From Paramecium tetraurelia (taxonomy: Eukaryota): DNA of 53,577 bases. Below the pieces are notes generated by a model, which was given only the letters and a program-made list of their open reading frames with translations, did not search any database and was not told the DNA's origin. The translations under genes and the position numbers were made by a program. Where the stretch lies: positions 248,001 to 301,577 of the forward strand of contig CT867998.1 of the NCBI GenBank assembly GCA_000165425.1, read 5' to 3'. Below are positions 14,170 through 28,743 of the stretch, piece after piece (position 1 is the first letter of the stretch; every line of letters begins with the position of its first letter).

Positions 14170-15149
14170 AACTTTTTATTAATTCGAATCTAATTAAAAT
14201 AAATAATATTCAGAGATTGCATAGATGGCATAATAAATTGTATACGTGAAAACAAATATTTTTTCAATTTTCCATTTAATTACAACTTTATCATTTTATT
14301 GGAAAATTGAACTTTCCTTTTTATTATAGAAATAATCTTAATTAAATTACATTTATAAACAATCATACGATTGAAAGTAAAAAGCTAGGCTGTGCTAGTA
14401 ATTTTGTATGAGATGTTATGCTTTGATGATGAAGACTATTTAATAGATTTTCTATTAGTTAGTACTTAAATCTCAGTATTAATTATAAAATGTAGTAAAT
14501 ACAATCAAGTTTTTTTCACAGATTTGTATATATATAATTTATTTTTTGATCCCTATAAATGCTTGATATTTCCTCAATGATTTGGTCTATTTTTTGTTCC
14601 TTTTGTAACTTTGTACTAATAGATAGTAAAATAAATATTTAATGTGGTTTAAGTCTCATTAAAATTAAGTTTTAAGTCGGATGGGTAGATTAAGTGAAAA
14701 TTTTTACAAAAAATCTTAATAATGGTGGGAAACTTGAAGTTTCGATAAAAGAATACTGAATATAAATACTAATTAAATAGTGATATAGATTATTTATTAA
14801 TTATTCTTATTTCTTCAATAGATGGTACATTCACAAGATAATTTCTAAGATCGAGCCTTTTTTTTCTCAATAGGATCTCTTTCACTATTTTCTGAAAATA
14901 GTATTTCCTCTTATTTCAAAATTTTCATAAGATTCACTATCTTTTCCTTTTCTTCATTTATGGTTTGAGGTTCAGTTTTGAGGCTAATGAAATGCTATAT
15001 ATTATTACGATTGGAAATAAAATTGAGATTTTATGAGTGTTTTATATTTATGATTTAGAGAAGGATTTCGATGATAGTTCATCCTAATTTCTATATATTA
15101 TTTATTTCAATGATTTAAGCAACCAATTTAATAAATATATTTATATACA

Positions 15150-16404
15150 TCACTCTGTTGGGATATTGAATGATATAAATTGAGATTTCTTGGCTTTTTT
15201 ATTTTTTTAAGTTTGCTACTGTTCATAGCATTGTTTAATTTAAGAATCTTATCCAAATGTATTTTCCTAAACTTGGATTTAATTATATTTTGGCGTCGAA
15301 GATTACAAGACATCAGCATCACCAAACAGTTATTTGATGGTTTATTCGTTTGTCAGTCCTTTCATAAGTAACTAAGATGACATGTGTATATACTTGATTA
15401 ATCAGAATTTGTAAGGTGGTTTCAGACTACGACATCTATTTAGATTAGAGTAAGATATTCATGATTTCCCTTGGATTAGTGGTGTACCCAATATTCTTCA
15501 GTAGCATGTAGGTTGAATCAAAAAGGTTCTATTGATTGGAGTCCTCCAATGTAATTTCAGTCATCAACATATATTGATCTTGGGTTTGGACAGCAGCAAT
15601 TTCCCCAAAATAAATAAAATAATAATATAACTCCCCATCTATTTAGATTCTTTGTATCTCAAAGATCAAATGATCTTAGTTCTTCTCCTTCAACTTTTGA
15701 CAAAACACCTCACAAAAGATTTGGAGATCCAATTAGATGGGTAACACGAGTACTAAATTTTTGCTCCACTCCAAGAAGTAATCCAAAATGTCTGAAATCG
15801 AAGGGAATATATTGTTCATCGATAGGTTATCATCTATAATCTAATAGTCTGGTTAGATGAAAAAAACATCATTTTAAATGATAGGCAATTTAGGTAAACT
15901 GGCTTAAATAAAATCACACCTTATATTTAAATTACATTTCGTCATATTATGTTTAGCATTCTTTATTTATTACATAGAAAAGTTATTCCCCAAAACAAAA
16001 GTATTTGTTTCCGAAGAGAACTAAATTGCACTTATACCACTTCTAGACAGACCATCTACAATAAACGAGGGTTTGACTTCCCTCATTCTTCTGCCTATAT
16101 ATTGCAATACTTTCTCTGGTATCAAATAACTTGACTCATCTTGTTCATACATTATGTCATTATCAATATACGATATGAACACCGTCAATGGATTCTTTTC
16201 TACTAATTTCGATTTTCTCATGGAAAAATCAACGAAAAAATTCTTTTAGGTCATTCTAACAAGCATGTAATTTAATGTCTCAAAATTACCAAAAAGTTCT
16301 AAGGAAGTCTTTTCATCTTTTTTTATTGTTATCTACTTCTCCTCAAAGAATTCTTCTTCATCCTAATCCAATGAGCAACATATGAAATTCCAAAATTTTT
16401 TCAT
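15150..16404 (-). CDS. Hypothetical protein with N-terminal di-cysteine (MKKFWNFICCS)
   Basis: Continuous translation through tiny introns (e.g. ~15372-15393) to ...SQFISFNIPTE-TGA. Confidence 0.7.
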
Positions 16405-16914
16405 ATATAAATTATGTCATAGTTCAATAAATTTCAATTAGTGGAATTCAATTTGATTATGTAATAAACAATTATTGAAAAAATTGGAATAAGAAATTTA
16501 GAGATTTCTAAAGAATATTTTATTTCCAGTCTTAAAACATATTATATGAATATTTAATTTGATTAAAAAAAGAACAATAGAGATGGTGTTGATGTTGATA
16601 TGTTAGCAATATACAAGATAAAAAATAAAAATAAATTAATCAAAAATATAGGAATTCTTCATCAACAAATGAAGCTCTCTTTAATTGAATCCAATTTTAG
16701 TTTATCTATTTTAAGATTTATAATGAAAAATAATTATTCCATCTTATTATTATGATTATATAATTAGGAAATTAGAAAAATTGAATCAACTTTAAGACCT
16801 TTTGATATATTATGTAAATAGGAAATAATACTAAACAGAAGGGATTTTTGAATATAAAACCAAAAGAAATAAAAATGAAATTAATGAAGATTGAAAAATA
16901 TGAATATTTGATTA

Positions 16915-17160
16915 TCAATTTTTAACTTTCCATTTTTATCTATCAAGTGGGCAATAGTCTTATTCTTCAGTCCATCTAACTATACAGTGTAAATGAAAAT
17001 GATGATTGCATGCTCCTGTCACAGGAGGACATTCATCTCCTGGCAATTTACATCTAGGACAAGGTTGTTCAAATGCTAATTAACATATTGTGCATCTATC
17101 TGTATCTAAACTCCATATCCATGAAGCAACAGCATTCCATTCTTTTATCTTGACTTTCAT
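16915..17160 (-). CDS. APC11: Anaphase-promoting complex subunit 11 (RING-H2)
   Basis: 81 aa: MKVKIKEWNAVASWIWSLDTDRCTICQLAFEQPCPRCKLPGDECPPVTGACNHHFHLHCIVRWTEEQDYCPLDRQKWKVKN. This has the APC11-type N-terminus and the CKxPGDxCP RING-H2 pattern. Confidence 0.92.
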
Positions 17161-17310
17161 AATTTGAATTTCGTATAATAATTAAATTGTTTAATTAATC
17201 TCTTTAAAATATTGAATAAACAAAATATATATAAGAGCAATACAATTTTTGTAGTTATATAATACTTATTATGTTTAAGTGTGAATAATTAATTTGTATT
17301 ATTTCATACA

Positions 17311-18313
17311 TCAATGACTAAGAATAATATTTTTAATCAGTTCTTCAGTTATTTTTTGTCCAATAATCAGAATTTTACTAATCGATTGTTGATTTGATAT
17401 TGGTAAATTAGTTGGGGTTATTTCAAAGATATCTTCAACTCCCTGTAATGAATACATAACTTATTCATCTTTACAGAATAACAATCCTTTAATTCTCATG
17501 ATTTTCAAGTCTTCTTCCCACAACATCTACCCAATTTTAATATTCCACTCTTATTGAGTAATATTTGGAGTATCTATATTTAAGAATATTTTGGCTATGT
17601 TTCCAACCTCCTCAAAATGAATATGCTCCTAATCGAATATTTTATTGTCTGCTTTTTCTGCCTCAAAAATACTTTGAATATCAATTTGTGCTCTCACAGA
17701 TTTCAGCAATTTGCCATTAGGGTTGATTATTTTTAATTGCTTCTCTATTAAGATTATATCGTCCTCTTAACATAAGTCCTTGGAATAATAGGGAGATTTA
17801 CTTAAAAATTTAACAACAATAAATCGGCATGAATTATTTATTTTCTAAAAATTTCTAATTCATAAAGTGTCTTAAATTTGTGTGATGGAATCAAACCTAC
17901 TATGGTTGCTAATTCTGCTGGTAAGTTCAATCCTTAATCAGCCCATAGCTCTTTAATTAAACTTGATGGATCAGCTAAACCATTTGATTCAATGATTATG
18001 AATTGGATATTTGGTTTCTTCTCAATAAAATATTGAATGGCTGTCATCATTTATCCTCTTTTTATGACTTTTTATCTTACTTTGCAGAACAACATATGCA
18101 ACCATTGGGCAATTCGAAAAATGAATCAAATATATCGCCATTATTATCTACCATCAAAGGTGCTTCAATTCCCATTTCATCAGAAAATTCATTCTAAATT
18201 ACAGCCACCTGATAAAGATTCTACACCTTTAGGATATATTGTAGTAGTGTAGTTTTGCCAGAGCCTAAATAACCTGTAAGTAAGATAATTTTGCATTTAT
18301 TTGTATTGTTCAT
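17311..18313 (-). CDS. COG0523/CobW-family G3E GTPase (CBWD/ZNG1-like zinc metallochaperone)
   Basis: Walker A LTGYLGSGKTTLL, metal motif ELPNGCICCS and IESNGLADP, plus a CobW C-terminal-like IMRIKGL...LQGV segment. Several tiny introns. Confidence 0.9.
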
Positions 18314-18429
18314 ATAATTTATTTGAGGAAAATAATTAATGATAAAAAGCTTTGGTACTTTGGTAAAGTGCAGGAAGCATTTAAATGAAATTAGAATAAT
18401 GATTTATTTTAATTATGAATTCTTAATCT

Positions 18430-19615
18430 TCAAGATTCTGTTATTTATTCTGAATCGTATGTAAAATAATCGTAATTGTCATATTGATCCTTTTTATTTA
18501 CTGGACTATCTATGGCAGGTTCATCTAAAAACATCTTTCGTATTATAATGTGATTACTTTATTAAAATATCTTAAATCTAATTCATCACTTAATTCTGGA
18601 ATAATTGGAGGTATCAATTATCGATTTGAGGCTTGATTCCAATCTATGTCTGAAAAGAATGGATGTTTTTTAATTTATTATATATTTATTCTTTATTTAG
18701 GCTATTAATATGGAATATATTTACATTATTATTTAATAATCCGGTAAGCAAGCTTGAACAAGCTTCAGAAAACCAAGGTTTCATTTCTATTTGTTTTTCA
18801 GTTCTATTTCTGAACATCATCGTACGATCCTGACTATAAAAGGGAGCCGCTCCTGTTAACATTTCATACAATAAGGCTCCTAAACTCCACCAATCGCAGG
18901 ATTCGTCATGACCTAGTTTATCATCCGAGTATATTTCAGGGGCAAGATATTCTGGAGTTCCTACAATCGAAAAAGACGGCTTATCTCGATTGCTTATAAT
19001 TTTAGATAATCCAAAATCAATTAATTTGATATGGCCATCGGAACAAAGCAGGATGTTTTCTGGTTTTAGATCTCTATACAAGATCTTAGAATCGTGCAGA
19101 TATTCTAAGGCAATAATAATTTCGACAGCATAAAATTAAACTTAATTCTCTTTAAATTTATACGCTCTTCTCAAATGGAAAAACAATTCTCCACCTGCAC
19201 AGTAATCAATAACATAATAAAGCTTTTATTGAGTTTAAAATGCATAATGGAGTTTACTTATAAATGGATGATTGATCTTCTCTAATATGATCCTTTCTGT
19301 TCTTGCATATTCAACTTATTTCTTAACCTATAAATCTTATTTGTTCACAATTTTCATCGCATAAATCTTCCCAGAGTTACGTTTACGAACCAACAACACT
19401 TTTCCAAAATTTCCCCTGCCTATTGTCTTTAACAGCTTAAAGTTAGTCACATTGATTTTCTGAGAATCATTCGTTATAACTATACTTTGCTTATTAAAAG
19501 TAATAGTTTCTGTTTAATATTCATTAAGTGGCTTGGAATTAGTGTTTGCTTATTAAGATACAACATCTTATTAGCATTCCTCATTCTTTTTAAAACAATT
19601 AAGACATTATCCCAT
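18430..19615 (-). CDS. AGC-family Ser/Thr kinase (Akt/SGK/S6K-like) with N-terminal MGQC acylation signal
   Basis: Motifs IGRGNFGKV, YAMK, GGELFFHL, YRDLKPEN, DFG, GTPEYLAPE, DWWSLG, HPFFSDIDW and hydrophobic motif YDYFTY. Tiny introns at ~18701-18723 and ~18535-18558. Confidence 0.95.
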
Positions 19616-21732
19616 ATATATTATATAAAATACTTTTAATATGAACGAATTCAAATCTCTAAAGCAAATGGATCTTATTGGATAGAAAAAACACCTGAAT
19701 ATCTAGAACCATAATCTCACTATTCTTCTTTGCAATTATTAAAAACAATAAGATTGTTGAAACAATAAGAATGAGTCTACTTAGACTATATTTTTTGGAT
19801 TACAAAGTATTTTGTTATAAAATTTGTGATGGAATATTTAATCCATTTCGACATTTGAATTACCATCAGTACCAAACCTTCTAATCTAAATTTAAGCACA
19901 AGAAATAAATCTTAAATCCTATTCAAGCCTTTCATTATTTTATCAAATAATCTATCTTCGATCAGAGGCTTTAGACAATTTATTTAGGACTTATAAAGAT
20001 ACTAATGTATTTTCTCTCTATAAATTTTATAAATTTGAAATTTAAAGATGTCAAAATTATCTTTAATCGAAAATACTCTATAGGATATTTTATAGTTAAT
20101 CAGCAATAATTGTTGAATACTCCTTAGGTATATCTTTAAAATTTAAATAAAAGATTTTCCAAAATAGATCACCTTAAGAAATTTTAAATAAATTTCGAAT
20201 AGCTTTGATTCTTAATATTAATCGAAATGCTTGTGATCATTTTATATTGACTTGTAAATATTATAGAATAAAACAAATTCTAAATGAGAAATATTTTTAA
20301 ATTTAGAATCAATCTAAAAATGCTCAATGATTAGAAAGGATGCCTAAAATGCAAAATAGAATTAGAGTTAATTGATTGAATTTTGTAAAATAATTTTTTC
20401 ATTTTATAATTTTCTATTTTTTTCATAAACTGATTACAATTTGACACTTAATTAATATCAAATTAAATCTAAGCAAAAGATCTCAAATTAGAAAGTCTTG
20501 AAGGTCATCTTTATCTAAATGTTAGATATAGTTATTTAAATAATTTCAACAATTTTAATTAAATTAAAGTGTTGATCGGATATAACTAATTATTGTTTTG
20601 GTACCCAATGATTAGGTTTATTTATATGTTATCTTAATAAGATTATTGAATTTTAGGTTTATATGATTCATTTACTATCTTAATTGGATAATGAATAATT
20701 TCATCTGATCGATTAGTATCATGTCATTTCTGAAATTAAGGAATTAAAGATCTTTATTAGAATAAATTTAGTCATAATAAACTGAAATTGCCTGAATAAT
20801 TGAATGTGAAAAATAATAAAAATTATAAATTATTTTTTCTCAATTCTAAGTGAATTTGAGAATGAAATTCAAATTAAAAATTCTACTTAATCTTAGAAAT
20901 ATGTGTAAATTACGAATATGAAATAAATAAACTAAAATAAATGGAAGTTTTCATAAGTAGACAGTCAGAATTATCATAATATTTATTAAATATAAATATA
21001 TAAATTTATAAAAACCCGAAATTTATTTTTATTAAGATTTTTAGTCTATTATACATGTTATTTAACTCAAATTGTGAAATCAATAATTTTTATATGCGAG
21101 TAATCTGGAGGAAATAAAAAGAGTTCATTTTTTAAGTATTAAAAACTAAAACTTGTTTGTTAAAAATAGTTAACATTTTAGCAGTTTGGCAGAAGGATTT
21201 CATTTTAATATTACAAAGTAACTGATCATTTTGGGATTTTAAATACCAGAAATAAATTAGTGAACTTCACAAATTGGGTGATTAAAAAGAGGAAGGCAAA
21301 TAGTTTAGAAATAATGATTATGTAATAGATTAGTAATAATAATAAATTTCTCTTTGGAAAAGGGAATTTAAGAAAACTGGTTAGAAACATTGATGCATTG
21401 AATCGTTTGCATATTTTTTCTTGCAATCCTAAAGTTTTAAAGAACTCTTGGTTGCTTAGAGAATAACAAAAATTAAGTAAAATGCGAACTTCAATTATTT
21501 TCATCAAATAATTAAAGAATAATAATATTTATTATGGAATTTTAAATATGGGGTGAGATTTGTAACTAAATTATTGATTTATGATTTTTTATAATTAGGA
21601 ATTAAGAATAATTGATTAATTAATAGTATCTTAATTTCCTAAGTTAAATATTAGAAGTTTAGGATTGTTTAAATCAATATCTAATTACTAATAAATATAA
21701 TGTAAATATTTATTAGTTATTATTTTTTATAA

Positions 21733-23509
21733 ATGCAAAGCTCAAACTTATATTTTGTATATAATTCTGGATCTGAATAATTTTGGAAGAGAAAAGATTA
21801 TTAATTAATTAATGAACTCATGCAGGGATTACTCCAAGATTCAAGAGAGATGATAACATTGTATAAAACTTAAAAAATATTGAAAAAGTTTATTGCTCGA
21901 CGGTATAAAACCTTTTAACAACATCTGTTTTATTTCAGAGAGGTACAAATTGAATAGTTATTAGAAAGAATGGTGAATTGGGGGGATTTGTTGTATTAAA
22001 GAATGTATATTTTAAAATAACCAAAAAATATGCTACCCAAAGTATTCCTTATGACAGTTGCCTTACATTAATTAGGGATCGCAGTAGAATTGATCTTTAT
22101 TTTAATCTTTCCCCTGAGATTGATATATTTTTAAGAGAACTATAGAGATTCTGTATTATTGATGGGTTTGATTAGCAATATTAATTGCTTCAAAATATAG
22201 GTACTGGTTCTACAGCTTAAGTACAATTTTGTAAATAAATTAGGTCTTTTTGGCTGAAAATATTCAAGATCACTAGTAATACGCAGTAAAGCAGATTGAA
22301 AAGGAACAAGCTACTGGAAGGCATAGAGTGTTGAGATCTAAAACATTATTAGAAGAAATTTTTATGATGAGAAGCTTGGATCATCCTAACATTATGAAAT
22401 TGCATCAAGTGTATGAATCAGAAAGTACTATTTCTATTTATCAATAGAGCACATTTAATTAGTTATTAGCTTATTTGAAGGTGGATAGTTGATGGATAAA
22501 ATCAAAAATTTTAATTTCCTAATCAAAAGAGAGTTGGCGAAAGTCTTAATTGAAACTGTCCATTATATGCATACCAAAGTACGTTAAATGTAAATTAGGG
22601 AATTATGCATCGAGATCTAAAGCCATTCAACATACTCTACAAAAATAAAGATCCTTAGGATTGGCATTTTGGAATTGGGGATTTTGGATTCTCCACTTCA
22701 ATTAAATAACAATAGCATATTCTATATAAATGTGGTACTCCTGGTTATGTAGCACCTGAAATCATAGAATATCGAGAAAAGTCTAAAATGTATGGATAGT
22801 CATGTGATGTGTTTAGTATTGGTGTAATTATATATGAAATGTAAGAGTAGAAATTAAAATAGCTTTTTTAATACTCATCCATTCAAAAGCAAGACTAAAG
22901 ATGACACTTTGAGATAAAATGTTAATGCTTAAATAAATTTTGATGATCGCGTTTGCATTCCCTAATCTCTAAAATCATTGATAATTTCTATGGTCAGAAA
23001 AAATCCACGTCATAGATTCACTTTACAGTAATGTTTGGAACATGATTTTTTCAAAGAGAGCTTATACAGATTCAATGAACTATCATAAGAAATTTAGGAG
23101 TATATTAAAAATATATTACAATTCTAGGCATGAACCAAAAACTATGGAGATCAGAAACATTAGATGCCAAACACTATAGTTGTTAAAAACTCAAAATAAT
23201 AGAAGAAGATAATCTTTACCTCAAGATTCCTCTGTAACTTAAGAACCATAGATTTAATAAAGTAATGCTATTTTTAGTATCAAAGGAAAAAGCATAGTAA
23301 TAAAACACAGATAATCGGTTTCATCCACTCACGAGTCTAAAATGAAGTTAGAATCTCAATAGTAATTTTATATATCCTAATAAAATTAAATACTAATGCC
23401 ATCCTAAGTAAAATTACCCTAAATAGAAAAAATTAACGAGATTTTCTTAAATGATTTACATCAAATACCAAAGGAATTCGGAAATACATATTTAATTAAA
23501 AAGTAATGA
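21733..23509 (+). CDS. CAMK-group Ser/Thr kinase with N-terminal extension
   Basis: Motifs IGTGSTA, YAVK, LDHPNIMKL, HRDLKPFN, DFG, CGTPGYVAPE and DVFSIG. Multiple tiny introns. TGA at 23507. Confidence 0.88.
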
Positions 23510-23824
23510 AGATTATGATTATATATATATAATCTATTTTGATAATATTGTTACCAACAAATAATGCACAATTAATAACTTCAAATGAAAATTTGAGTTA
23601 GATTGAATATTATACTACTGAAAGATTATACAGAATTAAATTTAATTATAACATTAAATTCATAGGTAAACTAAGTGTTTTTAAAATGACATTGCCTAAA
23701 AATCAAATTAATTTATAAAAGATGGAATAAATAGTCCACTATTTGGGGTTATCTAAAGTAGGTGTACAAAATTAATTAGATTTTAATAATATAATATGTA
23801 TTATTTATTAAATTATGTAATCGC

Positions 23825-26367
23825 TCAATTTAAATAATGATATAAGTTACTAGAGTTAACAATATATAATACCAATCTCTTTCGTCCCTTTTGATATACT
23901 CTCTATCAATAAGATTTTCAATTCTTTTTTTTACGAACTTAATATCTGGCTTGAATATTGTAATCATTTGTGCACATTGAGCTATTAAATCAGAATGTGT
24001 AACAGATTTTTTGCTTTTCATAGTTCTAACAAGCTAAGAATCAACAACTAATTCTCTCTATTTAATCAGTTATTCTTCATATTCTCTTTCCTCCTGAGTT
24101 AATTCTCCTACTTTTCTCTAAAAAAATCAAATTCTAAATTACTACCTGGCGTTTAGGTTGCATTTTAGGATTTGGTAATACTCTTAATTTTTTTTATTTA
24201 TTATTATAGTTAAGATTCAATTTAATGACTTCATTTTTATCTGAAAATTCATCCAGATCTTCTTTTTGTCTTGATAGAACTTTTAAACAAATGAAGGGGA
24301 TAAGGGAGTTTTCCAAATCAATCTGACTTATATATTATTTATACAATTTTTATTTATGTTCTTTCTTAGATTTGTTGAATTGTTAATTCATTCTCTTTAT
24401 TGAATAGGAAAAATGTAATCATTTAGAAGGTTGTCGCAGTAATATAATATTTATCATTCTATATTTTATAATTTAATTCCCCCTATCCTAAGTTGTAGGT
24501 CCATAATAAAATTCTTCCGTTATTTTTTATTAAGTAAATCTGTTCGTAGAGACTGAATGAATATAAATTAATTTCTACTTTAAAGAACTTAGCATCTCTT
24601 AAGGAGCAATAATTTATTCTTAGATATTATTAATCGGCCAACAGCCTTAAGATAAGAGATATACTGTCAAATCAAATTTTTGATTTTTATGGATCATCTA
24701 ATCAGTAGCGAATCTATAGGATTATTAAATATCATTCACCATCTTCTATAATTAAGATCTAAAATCAAAAATTATAATAGTTACAGAACATTTGTTTAGG
24801 TTTCTCCCTTGAACTTTTATAATAAATTTTTTTCTAAATTTATATTCTGTGTCTATTGATTTAACAATCTGCTTGATAATAACCTTTGATGTTGTTAAAA
24901 AAATTTATCTCTTGAATAAAGCAGTTAAAATAGAGAAAAGATCTTATTCAATTTCTTATCAGTCTCAATTTCATTCACCCCTTTTTCGCTTCTTATCGAT
25001 ACATCAGCATAAATTGCTAGATATTAGTGTGAATCCTGAATTTCATTAAATGCTGTTGTGAATGCAGTTTCATAGGCTGAAATAAGCTTAACATCATTTT
25101 GCATATAATTTTTTATCATTTATAATGTCTATTCCATAAGTTCCAATATTTAATTGCAATATTACTCTGCTAGGGCTGAATTTTTCAATTTAGATAAATA
25201 CCTTATTTGTTTAATACTTATTGTTTTGACATATCATAAATGCTTGAATTCACTTAACGAACAATAACTAAATAGTAAATTTTGAATTCTTAAGCAAAAA
25301 ATTATACACACTCACTCTACCTAGATATTAGACTGTATAATTCTCCCAGTTAAACAATTCTCCCAACTTATAATAAATATTATACTCCTCCAGCTGAGAG
25401 TCTTTCTGCTTACTCTTTTACAAACAGCTAATTAAATAATTATTTTATTTGATCAAAACTTTTGGAATAACTTTCCAAACACATCTACTCCTCTAATGAA
25501 ATAACTCTATCTGCCCATCTAACAAATTCAATGACTCCTAAATTTTACCTCTCAGAAATTTAATATTTATAGAATTTCTGAGTCTAAACAACATCTAAAT
25601 AATTTTACCTCTTCTAAAAACCTTTTTTCAAAGTTTTCTTTATAAAATTTCTCTGTTTCTAAAAAATTTTAGCAAATGTAATCGTACATTCCTTATTCTT
25701 TTTCATATTTCAATTTTACTGTGTTCGCACCCATTACAACAAATAACTCACAAAGTGATTTAATTTTTTTATCCAACAAAAGTTGTTTCTACCTTGATTC
25801 CAATAAAACATCCAAAATAGTTCGAAATAACTTTTCCTGGGCTTCTTTAAAATACACAGTTTTCAATGTTTCAAGAGAGAGGCTATGCAAATCAGCTCCT
25901 AAAGTTGATAAAGTGTTTGTATCTAGATGATAAAAAATCTTATAAAGCCAATATGAAAATGCCTTGTAATCATGGTAGTGCTTGGCCACCAATTAGAGGG
26001 TCTAAATTTCAGAAGTTTATCAATACAGTCTCTTTTTGATTTTAAGTTTTTTTTAATTCCTCATACATTTCTGCCACAAACTCATTTATACATAGTTTGT
26101 ACAAATTTATCATTTTGAATTCTATTCCCAGATTGCTTTCTTCCTTAGATTGCTTTTTGGCAGTTCTTGGAAAATGTATGCTCCATTCACTTGATAAATC
26201 TAAAATTTCCCTTAAAAAATCACAAATATTTACCTGTTCAAATACATTATTTCATCTTTTGGCAATTGAAATTATGCTCCTGAAAAAAGACTATTTTTTA
26301 ATAATCTTGCATTTTTTAAACACTTCTCCTCTAATATATCAAATCTATTTTGAAAGTCTTTTAACAT
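23825..26367 (-). CDS. Cullin family protein
   Basis: Cullin repeats (FYHLDTN...), cullin homology region (ILSQGCWP) and neddylation domain DSQLVRTMKSKKSVTHSDLI...KKRIENLIDREYIKRD. Terminal 23-nt intron, then ...NLYHYLN-TGA. Confidence 0.92.
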
Positions 26368-26849
26368 TTATGATAATAGAAATATTATAATACTAATATT
26401 GCTTATTCCATTTTAAAAAGCAGATTTAATACTATTATTGGTATATCATCAGAATTTATACTCCAACCAAACAAACAACAAAAAATAAGAGTTGCTTGAA
26501 TAAACCGCAGAAATCTCATTTATAATAAAAGAAATAATTCTAAGAAACTAAGGCTTGCTATTATTTATTTAATGGCTTTTCAAATAGATTAAATGATTAT
26601 ATTATATTCCTTTATTTGTTTCATTTATATTTGAGCCATAGATATTGCCTTTGAAAATTGCATATTCTTAGCTTAATAAAGGACAATAAAATATTAATTA
26701 CAATTTAGGTTAAGTTATATATGTTTTTTAATCAACTAAATAAAACAATTCAAATTTGCTAGAACTATTAATTTAATTTTCTATTTCGACCCATAATGTA
26801 ATTTGAAGAAAGGAGATTTCATATTATTTAACTTTACACAATATGTCAA

Positions 26850-28500
26850 TTAAAAAGACAAGTTATTTATCCTGTTTGAGAAGAATAGATAAAAAATTAT
26901 ACATTTCCTAAAATAACTGAGTATGATCTATGTAACTCATTTGACACTTATAACCTCTAAAAAAATTTAGTTGTAATTCAAAGTATTAGCAAACTTGTAT
27001 TAATATTGTGTATTTTCTGCCTATGTTTTTAAATTTTAAATCTAAAAATTCTGTAATCCTGCCTCACAGCATTTACTCTAAATCTATTCTTAGTAATCAA
27101 TCTCATCAAAAAATGGCTGTCCTTAATGATGTTCGCAATTGGATATTCTTACAATATGAATGATCAATTCTAATGGGTTATTTTCATTTTCAACCAAATA
27201 TATGATATTGGAAATGTTACTATCAGTAACTTGCCTTTATTTCTACTGATATAATTGAAATTTGAGATGTATTTTGATATAAATTAAAACCTATTTGTAA
27301 TAGTTATTTTTGATTTTTCAGTTGAATAAAAAAGTAATTTTAATAGTGTTTTAATTCCTTATTTGAAAACAGAGTGTTAAAATCCTTTTATCAATTAACA
27401 TATCTAATCAAACTATCACAATATTGATTTTGATTGGTATCCATATTAAAAAATTTGTAGAATACCTTATAATTTTTATCAAAGGTTAATAGCCTTTTTT
27501 AGCTATTTCTAAGAAAGATTTTGAATGTTACTTCTCTATGCTTGATTTTATTTATATAAAAATATCCCAAATAAGCAAATAAATGGTATAATTTTGAAAT
27601 GAATTTTATTCTCAATAAATGATAATAATGTGAGTATGAATTTATAAATATAAAAACAAAAAATTTCTTATTCAGTTTATCTCGATATTCTGACAATTTA
27701 CCTTATTTTTCTAGTTATTAAATAAATTTCAAATAATTTTTGCATCCCTTATTAATTAAATTAAGAAGACTAATAATAGCTAATTGAATATTTACCCACA
27801 TAACTTAATTAATAGCTGCAATGTATAGAATGTGAGAATAAATATTGCATGAAATGTATCCCAGGATGGAATTTGTTTAATTTTAAATGTGTTCAATGTC
27901 ATGTTGTTGACAATTGTTTGTTTGATTAAGATCATGATTCCACTTAGAATGAGGTGATTTGTGGAGATGGTATAACATAAGATCTAGAAGAATGTGATGA
28001 TGGAAATTCAATTCCGTTTGATGGGTGCTTTGAATGTTTATACCAATTTGAATACAATTTTGTTGAATGTAGAGATGGAGTATGTATATTATTATCAGAA
28101 TTGAAAGAGTCAATGATATTTAATTGTGATTTTGGATTTCATTTGATTGATCAAAATTGTTAATCTATTTGTGGATGATAATTATAATTAACTTTTTGAT
28201 GGTCTTGCTCGCTTCATTGTTAGAATTGTTTCGAAGGGTAGTGTTTAAATTTGATAATGGATATTTATTATAAAATAAAAGATGTTCTGAAAAATTTATG
28301 GAGATGGGATTAAGTTGTATAATGAAGAGTGTGATGATGTAAACATATTGATGAATTTTCAGAAAAACGGAAAATTGAGAATTTATGGAAATGTAACACA
28401 TAAGAGTAAGATTTGACAATCCAATTTCCAATTATAATATATCAATATGACCTTTAGTATGTAATTTATTTTAATGTCCTTTCTCAATTTGTGAGAAATG
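26850..28500 (+). pseudogene. Decayed Cys-rich surface protein gene (Myxococcus-type Cys-rich/DUF4215-like repeats)
   Basis: ~27954-28040 reads VICGDGITQDLEECDDGNSIPFDGCFEC. Further broken CGD/ECDD and CxxC units lie at 28165-28340, with many frameshifts and TGAs. Boundaries are approximate. Confidence 0.75.
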
Positions 28501-28743
28501 ATTGTAATGTATTTTTCTTATTGATTAAGATCAAATAATTTTATTACATCATCATTCTCAATACTAACAATCATTATTGCAAGTAGTGATGAAATCATCG
28601 GGAATGAGATGGCAAAATTAAGGGGCAAATTTTGAACCTCCATAAGAATGAGGAATATACTGAAAAGCGGATATAAAAATAATGACACTCCAAAAGCTTA
28701 TGACTTTAAATTTAATATTTATATAAATAACCATTTTGACTCA

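Noticed and set aside
14300..15080. Possible minus-strand gene remnant (EEKEKIVNLMKILKQEE...)
   Set aside because: The open stretch lacks a clear start and any recognisable domain, so it is left uncalled.
16915..26367. APC11 and a cullin close together as a functional ubiquitin-ligase cluster
   Set aside because: They are ~6.7 kb apart with unrelated genes between. APC11 partners APC2 rather than a neddylated cullin, and there is no evidence of co-regulation.
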